The notes below the pieces were generated by a model. It was not told the DNA's origin, searched no databases, and saw only the letters and a program-made list of their open reading frames with translations. Source: an uncultured archaeon (GTDB lineage: Archaea > Aenigmatarchaeota > Aenigmatarchaeia > QMZP01 > JAFGSV01). Taken from it: 49,852 nt of DNA. Below are positions 34,152 to 43,606 of the stretch, piece by piece; position 1 is the stretch's first letter; each line of letters opens with the position of its first letter. The stretch lies in contig CAZXIU010000001.1 in the NCBI GenBank assembly GCA_964640865.1, positions 1-49,852 of the forward strand, written 5' to 3'. Both the position numbers and the translations under genes were made by a program.

Positions 34152-35018
34152 ATGAATGTTAAAGGAATGGAGTTTGACTACAGGCTTCTGATGGCAATTC
34201 CCATAGTGCTGCTTCTCATATCAGCTGCAATCCTTGTAAACAAGTACAACACAACAGGTGAATGGTTCGAGAGGAGCATAGAACTCAAGGGCGGGACACT
34301 CCTCAACATAAAGACCGGGAGCGATGTGTATGTTCCTGAGGTTGAGAGCATACTCGGCGATGAATTCGGCTCGCTCATCGTCAGAGGGCTGAGCGGCTTC
34401 GGGACGCACGGCATATCCATACAGATGGAAGACACTGCTGATTACGAAGCTGTTATAGAGAAACTCGATGCGAACGGTGTCAATGTGATAGATTTCTCCC
34501 TGGAGAACGTGGGCTCGTCACTCAGCGATGTGTTCTGGTCCCAGGCACAGACAGGCATAATAATAGCTTTCATAATGATGGGCATCATAGCGTTCCTGGT
34601 TTTCAGGATATTCGTGCCTTCTCTGGCGATAATAATGTCCGCTGCATCTGATATCATAATAACCCTTGCATTCATGCAGGTATTCGGCGTGGAATTCTCG
34701 CTTGCTTCACTTGGCGCACTCCTCATGCTCATAGGCTATTCAGTTGACACGGACATAATGCTCACGAGCAGGCTCATCAGGGAGACGGACCATGACATGA
34801 AAATGAATGACAAGCTCAGGAACGCGCTGAAAACAGGGCTCACGATGACCTTCACAAGCATAGGTGCCATGACAGCCCTTCTGGTCGTGCCCCTTCCCGA
34901 GGTGCTCATTGACATAGCATCTGTCATACTTATCGGTCTTTCAGCTGACATAATCATGACATGGCTGTTCAACTCCGTGATACTCAGGTGGTACTGCGAG
35001 TCAAGGGGGATGGGCTGA
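34152..35018 (+). CDS. secF: Protein-export membrane protein SecF
   Basis: One N-terminal TM helix, a periplasmic-type domain, then the SecD/SecF 5-TM block (IIAFIMMGIIAFLVFR...LMLIGYSVDTDIMLTSR). The first ATG lies inside TTG-started ORF 34122. Confidence 0.8.
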   Translation: MNVKGMEFDYRLLMAIPIVLLLISAAILVNKYNTTGEWFERSIELKGGTLLNIKTGSDVYVPEVESILGDEFGSLIVRGLSGFGTHGISIQMEDTADYEAVIEKLDANGVNVIDFSLENVGSSLSDVFWSQAQTGIIIAFIMMGIIAFLVFRIFVPSLAIIMSAASDIIITLAFMQVFGVEFSLASLGALLMLIGYSVDTDIMLTSRLIRETDHDMKMNDKLRNALKTGLTMTFTSIGAMTALLVVPLPEVLIDIASVILIGLSADIIMTWLFNSVILRWYCESRGMG

Positions 35019-36832
35019 TGCTCAAATACTGGAGGATTCTCCTTCTTTTGACAGTCGTCTTAGGAGCGCTGTTCTCAATAGGATTCACTGACAAGAGGAA
35101 CGGCGTCGAGGTGGTTTATGTCACAAGGGAGTCACCTGCTTTTGGAGTGCTTGAGCAGGGAATGGTACTGACGAGCCTTAACGGCGTTCCGGTCAAGAAT
35201 TCCGGTGAGTGGAATGCAATCATTGACGGATACACAGGAAGCGCTACAATGACAACCAGCACCGGCAAATCATATGATTTCATCTTCAATGAGACCACAG
35301 GAATTGAGGTGAAGGATGTACAGAGGCTCAACCTGGATTTCGGACTTGACATTCAGGGAGGAACAAGGATAATACTCAAGCCGAAGACCAATGCCACAAT
35401 GGACATGATAGAGCAGGTCAAGGGAACGCTGCAGACAAGGATGAATATTTACGGCCTGAAGGACATGCAGTTCACCACGCTTCAGTCATCTGACGGCAAC
35501 TACATACAGATAGACGCAACAGGACTGAGCTCAGATATAGTCAATGACCTCCTGACATCCGAGGGCACATTCGTCGCGAAAATATCAAAGCCTGTTGAGA
35601 TAAGCAATGGCAGGGGAACAATAGACCTCGGCGAGGGCAAGTACCCGATTGAGATAACGAACAGCACAGTCACAGTCAACGGAGAGGAGATAGGTGATAA
35701 CAGGACATTCATGCTTGAGGGCATACTCTTCGAATACGTGAACACAACAGGCGGCTCAGCTCTTCTCACAGGAACAGTCTATGAAGGGAAGGACATAGAG
35801 CTGATATACACAGACCCCCAGCATTCAGGCATTGTCCCTGTAGGCAGCTTCTACAGGTTCTATTTCACTGTCCTTGTCTCAAGCAACGGGGCCGAGAAGT
35901 TTGCGAAGGTCACGTCAGGAGTGCCGAGCCAGCTGGACCTTGACAGCGGTGACTACTACCTCAAGGACTGCATGATATATCTTTACCTTGACGGCAACCT
36001 CCAGTCATCACTGAGGATATCATCGACACTCGGAGGGCAGGCATATGCTACACCTCAGATAGAGGGAGGCAGGGACACAAGGGAGGATGCGACAGAGGAG
36101 AAGCTCAGGCTCCAGACAATACTGCGTTCAGGCTCGCTTCCAGTAAGCCTGGAAACATCATCCATATCAATAATCTCCCCTACACTTGGCGCTAATTTCA
36201 TACAATCAGCGCTTCTCGCAGCACTGGCAGCGGGAATCGCTGTAATAACCATAATTTTCATAAGGTACAGGAGCCTCAGGGTGAGCATACCACTCGTGCT
36301 TACAGGACTCTCAGAGGCCGTGATAATACTGGGCATATCAGCATCCGGCGCGTATGATGCAGGCATATGGTCAATCGTGCTGCTCATAAACATCCTCATA
36401 ATAGGCGGAGCCTGGTGGAAGCTTAAGGAATCCGATGCTTCGGCATGGCTTGGCGCGCTTCTCATACCAATGCTCGGATTAACCATGGGCTGGAACATAG
36501 ACCTTCCTGCAATAGGCGGAATAATAGCAGCAATAGGAGTCGGCGTCGACCAGATGGTGGTCATAGCTGACGAGACACTCGGAGGCAGGAAGATAGCCAG
36601 AAAAATATACACGCTGAAAGACAGGATAGGCAAGGCATTCTTCATCATATTCACAGCTGCTGCCACAACGATATCCGCATTGCTTCCTCTCTTATTCGTC
36701 GCAGCCGGCGTGTTCATAAGGGGATTCGTGATAACCACAATAGTGGGAATACTGATAGGCATATCAATAAGCAGGCCGGCATACGCAAAGGTGGTTGAGC
36801 TTACTGCTGACCGTGTCAGAAAGGACGATTAG
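35018..36832 (+). CDS. secD: Protein-export membrane protein SecD (long extracytoplasmic domain)
   Basis: The ATG overlaps the secF stop (TGATG). N-terminal TM helix, an extracellular region of about 390 aa, then the SecD/SecF TM block (AAIGVGVDQMVVIADE). Confidence 0.8.
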   Translation: MLKYWRILLLLTVVLGALFSIGFTDKRNGVEVVYVTRESPAFGVLEQGMVLTSLNGVPVKNSGEWNAIIDGYTGSATMTTSTGKSYDFIFNETTGIEVKDVQRLNLDFGLDIQGGTRIILKPKTNATMDMIEQVKGTLQTRMNIYGLKDMQFTTLQSSDGNYIQIDATGLSSDIVNDLLTSEGTFVAKISKPVEISNGRGTIDLGEGKYPIEITNSTVTVNGEEIGDNRTFMLEGILFEYVNTTGGSALLTGTVYEGKDIELIYTDPQHSGIVPVGSFYRFYFTVLVSSNGAEKFAKVTSGVPSQLDLDSGDYYLKDCMIYLYLDGNLQSSLRISSTLGGQAYATPQIEGGRDTREDATEEKLRLQTILRSGSLPVSLETSSISIISPTLGANFIQSALLAALAAGIAVITIIFIRYRSLRVSIPLVLTGLSEAVIILGISASGAYDAGIWSIVLLINILIIGGAWWKLKESDASAWLGALLIPMLGLTMGWNIDLPAIGGIIAAIGVGVDQMVVIADETLGGRKIARKIYTLKDRIGKAFFIIFTAAATTISALLPLLFVAAGVFIRGFVITTIVGILIGISISRPAYAKVVELTADRVRKDD

Positions 36833-37407
36833 CCTATTGACCATTGCCCGTCTTTCACGCGGCTTACGTTTCCTTCAAGAACAAGACCATCTGAAATGCT
36901 TACGCTTCCTGTGAAATCATATATCTCTATCTTATCGCCTTCAGCTGTTATGTTGGTGTTTTCGCTCATGACCATGTAATCGACATCCTCCAGTACAAGT
37001 TCTGGAATCTTCATGTATTCGATTGAATAATCTTCCATCCTGAGGTCCAGCCTGAGGTCGGTATCAGCAGGCATGAGCTGCGTCCTGTTGCTGTCGAAGT
37101 TGAATATGATAGTTCCCCTGAAATTTTTTATATCAGAATCAGGCGTGGTTATGTTTACCGCATCACCGATGTTGAGACTTACGCTTCCTGAGAGAAGCTT
37201 TATGGTCACGAAGTTGGTGATTTTCTTCGGTGTGCTGAAAAGCGTTCCGAATGGGGAACTCAGCCAGTCACCTATGCTGCCAGTTGAATTCATGAATACG
37301 TCTTTAACGCCGGAGTTGCTTACCAGCGCTGAAGATGCGACTATGAGAACAGCGAATACAATTGCCAGCAATTTCCATTCAAAAAGACCTTTCATTTTAA
37401 CCCCCAA
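36829..37407 (-). CDS. Hypothetical membrane-anchored/secreted protein
   Basis: N-terminal hydrophobic anchor WKLLAIVFAVLIVASSALV, a beta-rich body and five N-x-S/T sequons. No recognisable family. Confidence 0.5.
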   Translation of the reverse strand: MGVKMKGLFEWKLLAIVFAVLIVASSALVSNSGVKDVFMNSTGSIGDWLSSPFGTLFSTPKKITNFVTIKLLSGSVSLNIGDAVNITTPDSDIKNFRGTIIFNFDSNRTQLMPADTDLRLDLRMEDYSIEYMKIPELVLEDVDYMVMSENTNITAEGDKIEIYDFTGSVSISDGLVLEGNVSRVKDGQWSIG

Positions 37408-37477
37408 TAAACATTTGTGCTTTCTAATTTAAACTTATATGACTCTAAATATATAATCTAATTCATCAGGGGATATC

Positions 37478-38653
37478 ATGTATCTTAATATGCCATTCGG
37501 ACTCGGAGACGGCGGTGACATCGTGTCATGGCTTGTATGGATAATATTCTTCATGGTATTCTTCATGTTCTACCCGAGGATAATGCTCTCGCAGATAATG
37601 TGGAAGCTGGAGGCAAGCGCCAGGAAACTTGAGGAACTTTCCCTGAAATCCAAGAAGCTGCTCATAAATGAGATAAGCAGGAAGCCGACAAAGGAGCTCA
37701 AGGACGATGTCAACAGGTTCTTCGAGTTCTTCATGATAACGCCTGTAAGCCTTGATCCCGCGGGCATTGTGAAGAAGTTCGACCACCTGATAAAGAATGA
37801 AAGGGAACGGTTCAGGTACTTCACAGAGCAGGTATGCCCGAAGATGGACGATGAGAAGAAGGCAAACATACAGATGGGCTTTGCAGGCGGGATTGAGCTT
37901 TACACGCTCGCCAAGATAGTGAGGCACTACATTGAGATGATAAAAAAGACAAAGTCATACCAGATAGCCATGATAATACAGATGCAGCTTCCCATGATAG
38001 AACGCATAGCAAAGGCGCTTTTCGAGGGCACAAAGACACTTTCAAGGGGAGAGCCGATAGGCGATGCGGTCGGCCCGTGGGTCGTTGCCAGGATGATTGA
38101 CGGAAAGACAACAGAGGTCGAGGAAGAAGTCGTGATGTTCAGGAAGAAGTCAGACGGGCGTAATCTTTTCATACTCAAGGCCAGAGGCCCCGGAGGCAGG
38201 ATAGGATATCCCGGCAAGGCTGTTGAGAAACTGATAAAGAAGTACAAAATAGACAAGGTCGTCACAATAGACGCAGCAGCAAAGCTTGAGGGAGAGAAGA
38301 CAGGGTCCATAGCAGAAGGCGTCGGCATCGCAATGGGCGGTCCCGGTGTTGAGAGAACCTATATCGAGGACGCTGTTGTCAGGGCAAACATACCAATGGA
38401 CAGCATTGTTGTCAAGATGTCATCCGAGGAAGCCATAATGCCTCTCAGAAAGTCTATGATAAACGCACTTCCTAATGTCATGGACTCGCTTCAAAGAAGC
38501 ATCTCGCGCTCGAAGAAGGGCGCTAACATAATAGTCGTCGGCGTTGGCAACACATCAGGCGTCGGAAACAGCAAAACAGATGCAGAGAAGACAGCCAAAT
38601 GGGTAGAAAGCTACGAGAAGAAGCTTAAAGAAGCTAAGAAAAAGGCGAAGTGA
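37478..38653 (+). CDS. Conserved archaeal membrane-anchored protein (possibly DUF1512 family)
   Basis: One N-terminal TM helix (VSWLVWIIFFMVFFMFY), a helical middle region and a C-terminal alpha/beta domain with GPGGRIGYPGKAV and IAMGGPGVER. The family name is recalled from memory. Confidence 0.5.
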   Translation: MYLNMPFGLGDGGDIVSWLVWIIFFMVFFMFYPRIMLSQIMWKLEASARKLEELSLKSKKLLINEISRKPTKELKDDVNRFFEFFMITPVSLDPAGIVKKFDHLIKNERERFRYFTEQVCPKMDDEKKANIQMGFAGGIELYTLAKIVRHYIEMIKKTKSYQIAMIIQMQLPMIERIAKALFEGTKTLSRGEPIGDAVGPWVVARMIDGKTTEVEEEVVMFRKKSDGRNLFILKARGPGGRIGYPGKAVEKLIKKYKIDKVVTIDAAAKLEGEKTGSIAEGVGIAMGGPGVERTYIEDAVVRANIPMDSIVVKMSSEEAIMPLRKSMINALPNVMDSLQRSISRSKKGANIIVVGVGNTSGVGNSKTDAEKTAKWVESYEKKLKEAKKKAK

Positions 38654-40877
38654 AATCAATGGGAAGAACATCTTCCTCTGCGCTTTCCTGAGCATTTCTT
38701 ACGGGCTGAATGTTCATTCTTGACATGGTCCTTCTGACATCATCAACCACTGCAGGCTCAACGCATATCACATCAACACCCTGCTTCACAAGCATCTCGA
38801 TGTTCCAGTCTGTTATGTATTTCTGGCTGAGAGTCACCGAGCATACAGAACCTGTTTCAGCGCACCTGCCTTTCACAGACTTCACTAATTCAAGGACAGC
38901 ATCATGTATGTTTTCATCAGGCTCTTTCAGTCCCATTGAAAGCTGTATGAGCGGGTCAATGTCGATGTTAACGAGAGTTGTGTCTTCATTTATTATTTGC
39001 CTGTTCTGGAATGCCATTGCAGGGGTCTTCACAGATATTCCGTGTATGCATCCCGCAGGAAGCTGATGACGCATGCTCCTGACATCCTCAACTCCCCTGA
39101 CAACAGGTATCAGTATTCCGGCAGGAGTCCTGTTCTCTATGAACCGTCTTGCCAGGTCGGATGCCCACTGCATCGACTGCTCGTTATTAGGGGATAACCA
39201 TAATTCACCCGGAGATGTTGCAGGGGAAGAAAGCAGATCAGTCTCTGATGGCATGTTGTAGATTATGCTGCCCTCAGCATTATGAACCCTTCCAACCATC
39301 TCGGGTCCTGTTTTTGCAAATATTCTCACATTCCTGGGAACAGATACAGCTTCACTGCCTGTCGCTGGCTCAACCAGTGGATTCTCAAATGGCATGGGAA
39401 GGGAATCTCCGGGATTATCCGTCTCTTCATACATCTCAGGGAAGCTGATATCAGGTGGCGATGGAGGCGCAAAGGGATCGGAGTCTTCCGGTTTTTCGTG
39501 TGCGGTTATCTGGCTGAAGTCATTGAACATTTCATTACTGCCTTCCGGAGGGGCTGGTTCTGGAACCGCTGCCCTTACGACCTTTCCCTGGTCAGCTATG
39601 ATTTTTACAGTGTCCCCTTCCTTCAGTATATGGGTCGCATTCTGGGTTGAGGAAAGCGCCGGCATGCTCAGCTCCCTTGAAAGGATGCCGAAGTTGCACA
39701 GCCGGCTGCCTTCATCTGTTATGACAGCTGATGCATTGTTTGCCGCAATGACACTCCGTGGGTCTGAATTCTTTGATACAGCGATGTTTCCGGCCCCGAA
39801 TGTTCCCATTGAGCCATCCTCGGCAAGTATGACAGATCCTGTTGCCGTGCCTCTTGAGACGAACCTTCCTGTTACGAGCACCTCTTCGTGGGGATGCTCA
39901 TCATGGTTCGGGCTTATCTCATAATTGCCGTCCTTTACGTCGTTTATTGAAATCTTGTTCCTTCCTATGCACCAGTCTATAATCTTCTGGTTGTTTCCCG
40001 GTGAAATTGCTTTTGCTATCTCAAAAAGCTTCTTCATCTCCGAGTCTGAAACAACCTGGGCGTCCATCCTGCTCCCGGGTACATGACATCTCTCAGTAGC
40101 ACCTGTCATTTCATTCCTTTCAAACATCCACATCTTCTTCGATATGTTCTTCTCTATAAGATTTCCATTAGCATCAAGAAGGTATTCATCAGGTGTCACT
40201 ATGCCTGATGTTATTGCGCTTCCGAGTCCCCATGATGCCTCGATGAGCGTCTTGTCACCCCCGAACCCTGTCATCATTATGCCGCTTTTCTCTGACGGTG
40301 CCATTTTCTGGACAATCACAGATACGCTACTCACGTCACCTGTTTTTTCCTGGTATTTTTTCGTATGGGGAAAGAACAGCGACGCCCAGCATAGCTTCAC
40401 ATGCCTGATGAGGTCTTCTTCACCAGTGACATTCAGGAAACTGTCCAGAATACCCGCATAGCTTGATGAACCGGTTCTCATGGCTGCACACCTTACAGCC
40501 ACGATATCATAGGTTCTTCCTGCCTTTATCATGCTCAGGGCTGCCTGTGCTGCCCTGACATCATCTGACACGGAGATGTCTGCGTAAGCGGTTGATATCT
40601 CCTTTCTCACTTCCTCGGGCATGAAAGCATTCGCAAATATTACCCTTATACTTTCCATTGTTTTCTTCATTTCATAGATGCTTCCGGCATGTGACGCAAG
40701 AATGCCTTCCAGCTTGTCCCTGAGCACGTTCCTTGTCAGGAATGTTTCGAGTGCCTCATGGTTTATGACAAAACCCGACTGCACGGGATATCCGCCTTTT
40801 TTCAGCATGCAGAGAACTGATGATTTCGTTCCCATCTCATCATTCTCTCCGACATCATCAAGCCTGGTTATGTACAA
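38634..40877 (-). CDS. PEP synthase/PPDK-like three-domain protein with substituted catalytic residues (candidate pseudoenzyme)
   Basis: PPDK_N/ATP-grasp-like N-terminus (GTKSSVLCMLKKGGYPVQSGFVI, CWASLFF, ASWGLGSAITSGIVTPDEY). The swivel-domain motif reads DEGSRLCNFGILSRELSMPAL where PpsA has GGRTSHAAIVSRELGIPA, so the phospho-His position is Asn395 (nt 39693..39695). A Pro/acidic linker follows, then a shortened C-terminal PEP-utiliser-like domain. Confidence 0.65.
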   Translation of the reverse strand: MYITRLDDVGENDEMGTKSSVLCMLKKGGYPVQSGFVINHEALETFLTRNVLRDKLEGILASHAGSIYEMKKTMESIRVIFANAFMPEEVRKEISTAYADISVSDDVRAAQAALSMIKAGRTYDIVAVRCAAMRTGSSSYAGILDSFLNVTGEEDLIRHVKLCWASLFFPHTKKYQEKTGDVSSVSVIVQKMAPSEKSGIMMTGFGGDKTLIEASWGLGSAITSGIVTPDEYLLDANGNLIEKNISKKMWMFERNEMTGATERCHVPGSRMDAQVVSDSEMKKLFEIAKAISPGNNQKIIDWCIGRNKISINDVKDGNYEISPNHDEHPHEEVLVTGRFVSRGTATGSVILAEDGSMGTFGAGNIAVSKNSDPRSVIAANNASAVITDEGSRLCNFGILSRELSMPALSSTQNATHILKEGDTVKIIADQGKVVRAAVPEPAPPEGSNEMFNDFSQITAHEKPEDSDPFAPPSPPDISFPEMYEETDNPGDSLPMPFENPLVEPATGSEAVSVPRNVRIFAKTGPEMVGRVHNAEGSIIYNMPSETDLLSSPATSPGELWLSPNNEQSMQWASDLARRFIENRTPAGILIPVVRGVEDVRSMRHQLPAGCIHGISVKTPAMAFQNRQIINEDTTLVNIDIDPLIQLSMGLKEPDENIHDAVLELVKSVKGRCAETGSVCSVTLSQKYITDWNIEMLVKQGVDVICVEPAVVDDVRRTMSRMNIQPVRNAQESAEEDVLPIDFTSPFS

Positions 40878-40944
40878 AAAAACACCCTGTAGATTATTGT
40901 TCTGACATGTTTATAATCTTTGGGAGATTCTCACAGAATGCTGT

Positions 40945-41460
40945 CTATTCGAATAGTATAGAACACGGAGTCGGTATCTTGGCTGATGCTATCTTAAGCG
41001 CCCTTTTGGCGACTTTCTCGCTTCCGGGTGATACACGAACCTCTATTATCTTCTGGCCGCTCTTCACCTGCGCGGCTGTTGAGGTCGGCCTTCCGAATGA
41101 TAGTCGCATGCCGGTCTGGTACCTGTCAGCGCCTGCGCCTGTTGCTATCGGGTTGTCCCTGAGAACGTGATGAGGGAAAACCCTGACCTTCATGAAGTAC
41201 ATTCCTGACCCGAGGACTGACTCAAGCGCTTTGTTTGTTGATATCCTCGCTGATTCAAGAGCATTGTGCCTTATCTGCACAGCCTCTTTTGTGACAAGGA
41301 AAGCCTTTACGCTGTACTCGTCCTTAAGCTTGCCTGACTCGAATGACCTTATCTTCGGGTAGGGGACACCTTTCACATAGGATTTCCTGGGCTTGTGCTT
41401 CGAAACCCTTGTATTCGGCCTTTTGAGCCTTGTGTAACATTTTGCCGGTCTTAATCCCAT
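40945..41460 (-). CDS. rpl10e: 50S ribosomal protein L10e (uL16)
   Basis: MGLRPAKCYTRLKRPNTRVSKHKPRKSYVKGVPYPKI is the canonical L10e N-terminus. 171 aa. Confidence 0.93.
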   Translation of the reverse strand: MGLRPAKCYTRLKRPNTRVSKHKPRKSYVKGVPYPKIRSFESGKLKDEYSVKAFLVTKEAVQIRHNALESARISTNKALESVLGSGMYFMKVRVFPHHVLRDNPIATGAGADRYQTGMRLSFGRPTSTAAQVKSGQKIIEVRVSPGSEKVAKRALKIASAKIPTPCSILFE

Positions 41461-41572
41461 TTCAACACCAACTTCATAGAGTTAACTATTCTTGAAAGGT
41501 TTTTAAATACTTTTACCATTATTCATTCACCGTTTATATATTTGTTACTGTTAGATGGGAAAAGTGAAAAAT

Positions 41573-42316
41573 ATGAAAGCAATCGTGCTTGCCGGCGGTT
41601 TTGCCAAAAGGCTGTTGCCGCTCACAAAGGATACGCCAAAACCCCTTCTTCCTGTAGGGGGAAAGCCCATGATAGACCACATAATGGAAAAGCTCTCTGC
41701 TGTCAGGGAGATAGACGAAATCTACGTTTCAACGAACAGTAAGTTCGAGCCGCATTTCAACAGGTGGGTATCATCATCCAGTTTCAGAAAGAACGTCAGC
41801 GTCTTTGCTGAGGAGAGCCACTGCGAAGAGAAGAAGCTCGGAGCCATAGGCGCTCTTGGTGTTATTTTCAGGGAACTTGACATAAATGACGATGTCATAG
41901 TAATCGCAGGCGACAACCTCTTCGAGTTCGATATCAATGATTTCCTCAGGTGCGCGCACGGGGAAGTGCCCAAGGTGGCGCTGTACGACATGCGGGAAAA
42001 GGATGCTGTAAGGAACAGGTACGGTGTTGTCGTTCTCAACGAGAACAACGTCATAAAGGAGTTCCATGAGAAGCCTGAAGATCCTGTGTCAACAATAATC
42101 AGCACAGGATGCTATTTCTTCCCTAAGGGCACTGCGCACAAGATACACGAATACATAGCTAACGGGGAAAACCCGGATGCCCCTGGATTTTTCATAGCAT
42201 GGCTGTCCAAGCAGACCGATGTGAGCGGTTTCGTCCTAAGCGAGAACCACAGATGGTTCGACATAGGCTCCATAGAGAGCTATGAAGAGGCAAACAGGCT
42301 GTATTCAGGCAATTAG
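41573..42316 (+). CDS. Sugar-phosphate nucleotidyltransferase
   Basis: MKAIVLAGGFAKRLLPLTKDTPKPLLPVGGKPMIDH (GxGxRL...K motif). Start taken at M7 of ORF 41555. Confidence 0.82.
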   Translation: MKAIVLAGGFAKRLLPLTKDTPKPLLPVGGKPMIDHIMEKLSAVREIDEIYVSTNSKFEPHFNRWVSSSSFRKNVSVFAEESHCEEKKLGAIGALGVIFRELDINDDVIVIAGDNLFEFDINDFLRCAHGEVPKVALYDMREKDAVRNRYGVVVLNENNVIKEFHEKPEDPVSTIISTGCYFFPKGTAHKIHEYIANGENPDAPGFFIAWLSKQTDVSGFVLSENHRWFDIGSIESYEEANRLYSGN

Positions 42317-42651
42317 TTCCTTTCACCGTACTTCTCGAAGACACAGACGAAAAGAAGGTCTTTCCTGCCGGTATTGAACACCTTGTGGAATGAGCCGTCA
42401 GGTATTATGACAATGTCGCCTTCCTTTACAGCGAACCTTTCATCGTCAAGCTGCATCTCTCCGGAGCCTTCCTCGAAGTTGTACACCTCTTCCGATCCTT
42501 CGTGCCTGTGTCCTGATGTCTCTTTTCCGGGATGCAGCACTGTGAGTGACACGTTCATCTTATTCAGGACAGAGACATCCGTCACAGTGTATGTGTCATT
42601 CTGCCTGACAACCTTCCCGGCTTTACCGAATTCACTGATGGAGAACTTCAT
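42313..42651 (-). CDS. Cupin-domain protein
   Basis: Cupin motif 1 G-KETSG-HRH-EGS-E and a perfect motif 2 GDIVIIPDGSFHKVFN. 112 aa. Confidence 0.75.
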   Translation of the reverse strand: MKFSISEFGKAGKVVRQNDTYTVTDVSVLNKMNVSLTVLHPGKETSGHRHEGSEEVYNFEEGSGEMQLDDERFAVKEGDIVIIPDGSFHKVFNTGRKDLLFVCVFEKYGERN

Positions 42652-42685
42652 AAACTATTTATTTCATGCGCCGATTATAAAGGTT

Positions 42686-43606
42686 ATGAAACTGAAGGAC
42701 AGCAGCATCGTAGTCACAGGAGGCGCAGGATTCATAGGGTCCTGGATAGCCGAATATCTCCGCGCTGACAACAAAGTAAGCGCATTCGACAACCTTTCAA
42801 CAGGAAAGAAGGGGAATGTGCCTGAAGGCGTGGAGCTGATAAACGGCGACATCCGGCATGAAAAGGAGCTCATCAAGGCTTTCAGGGACGCTGATGTGGT
42901 TTTTCACCAGGCAGCCAATGTGCAGATACCGCTGTCCATCGAGAATCCGTCATTCGATTCTGATGTCAACATGCGCGGGACGCTGAATGTCCTCGAGGCG
43001 TGCAGGAAGAATGACGTTAAGAGGGTCGTGTATGCCTCTTCCTCGGCACTTTACGGCAACCCGGAAAAGATTCCGACACCCGAGGACACCATACCGAATC
43101 CACTTTCCCCTTACGGTCTCAGCAAACTGACAGGCGAGTATTACATGAAGATATATTCATCCCTCTACGGGATTGAGACGGTCTCCCTGAGATACTTCAA
43201 TGTTTACGGCCCGAGACAGAATCCGGACAGCCCGTATTCAGGCGTGCTGTCAGTCTTTTCGAAAAACATAAAGGAGAGCCGCGGGCTGACAGTGTTCGGC
43301 GACGGAAGGCAGCGAAGGGACTTCGTAAGCGTGAAGGACGTGGTTGAAGCGAACATACTTTCCGCGACCAAAGACAATGTTTCCGGTCTCGCATTCAATA
43401 TAGGCACTGGCGTCGCCATGTCGCTGAATGACATAATAAGCACGCTTGGAAGGATAACAGGAAAAAATCTCAATGTTATATACAGGGACCGCCGCCAGGG
43501 CGATGCCAAGAAATCATGCGCGGACATCTCCTTAGCAAAGGAGAAGCTCGGATTCACGCCGAAGGTTGAGCTGGAAGAAGGACTCAGAGAGCTGCTGAAA
43601 TCATAG
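42686..43606 (+). CDS. NAD-dependent nucleotide-sugar epimerase/dehydratase (UDP-hexose 4-epimerase family)
   Basis: VVTGGAGFIGSW Rossmann motif, SSSALYG and the YGLSK catalytic YxxxK. The true start is ATG 42686; the 5-prime part of ORF 42374..43606 is antisense to the cupin gene. Confidence 0.85.
   Translation: MKLKDSSIVVTGGAGFIGSWIAEYLRADNKVSAFDNLSTGKKGNVPEGVELINGDIRHEKELIKAFRDADVVFHQAANVQIPLSIENPSFDSDVNMRGTLNVLEACRKNDVKRVVYASSSALYGNPEKIPTPEDTIPNPLSPYGLSKLTGEYYMKIYSSLYGIETVSLRYFNVYGPRQNPDSPYSGVLSVFSKNIKESRGLTVFGDGRQRRDFVSVKDVVEANILSATKDNVSGLAFNIGTGVAMSLNDIISTLGRITGKNLNVIYRDRRQGDAKKSCADISLAKEKLGFTPKVELEEGLRELLKS

Noticed and set aside
42374-42685. 5-prime extension of the epimerase ORF (410-aa version)
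   Set aside because: The extension is antisense to the cupin gene and Ser/Cys-rich. The Rossmann motif begins right after ATG 42686.
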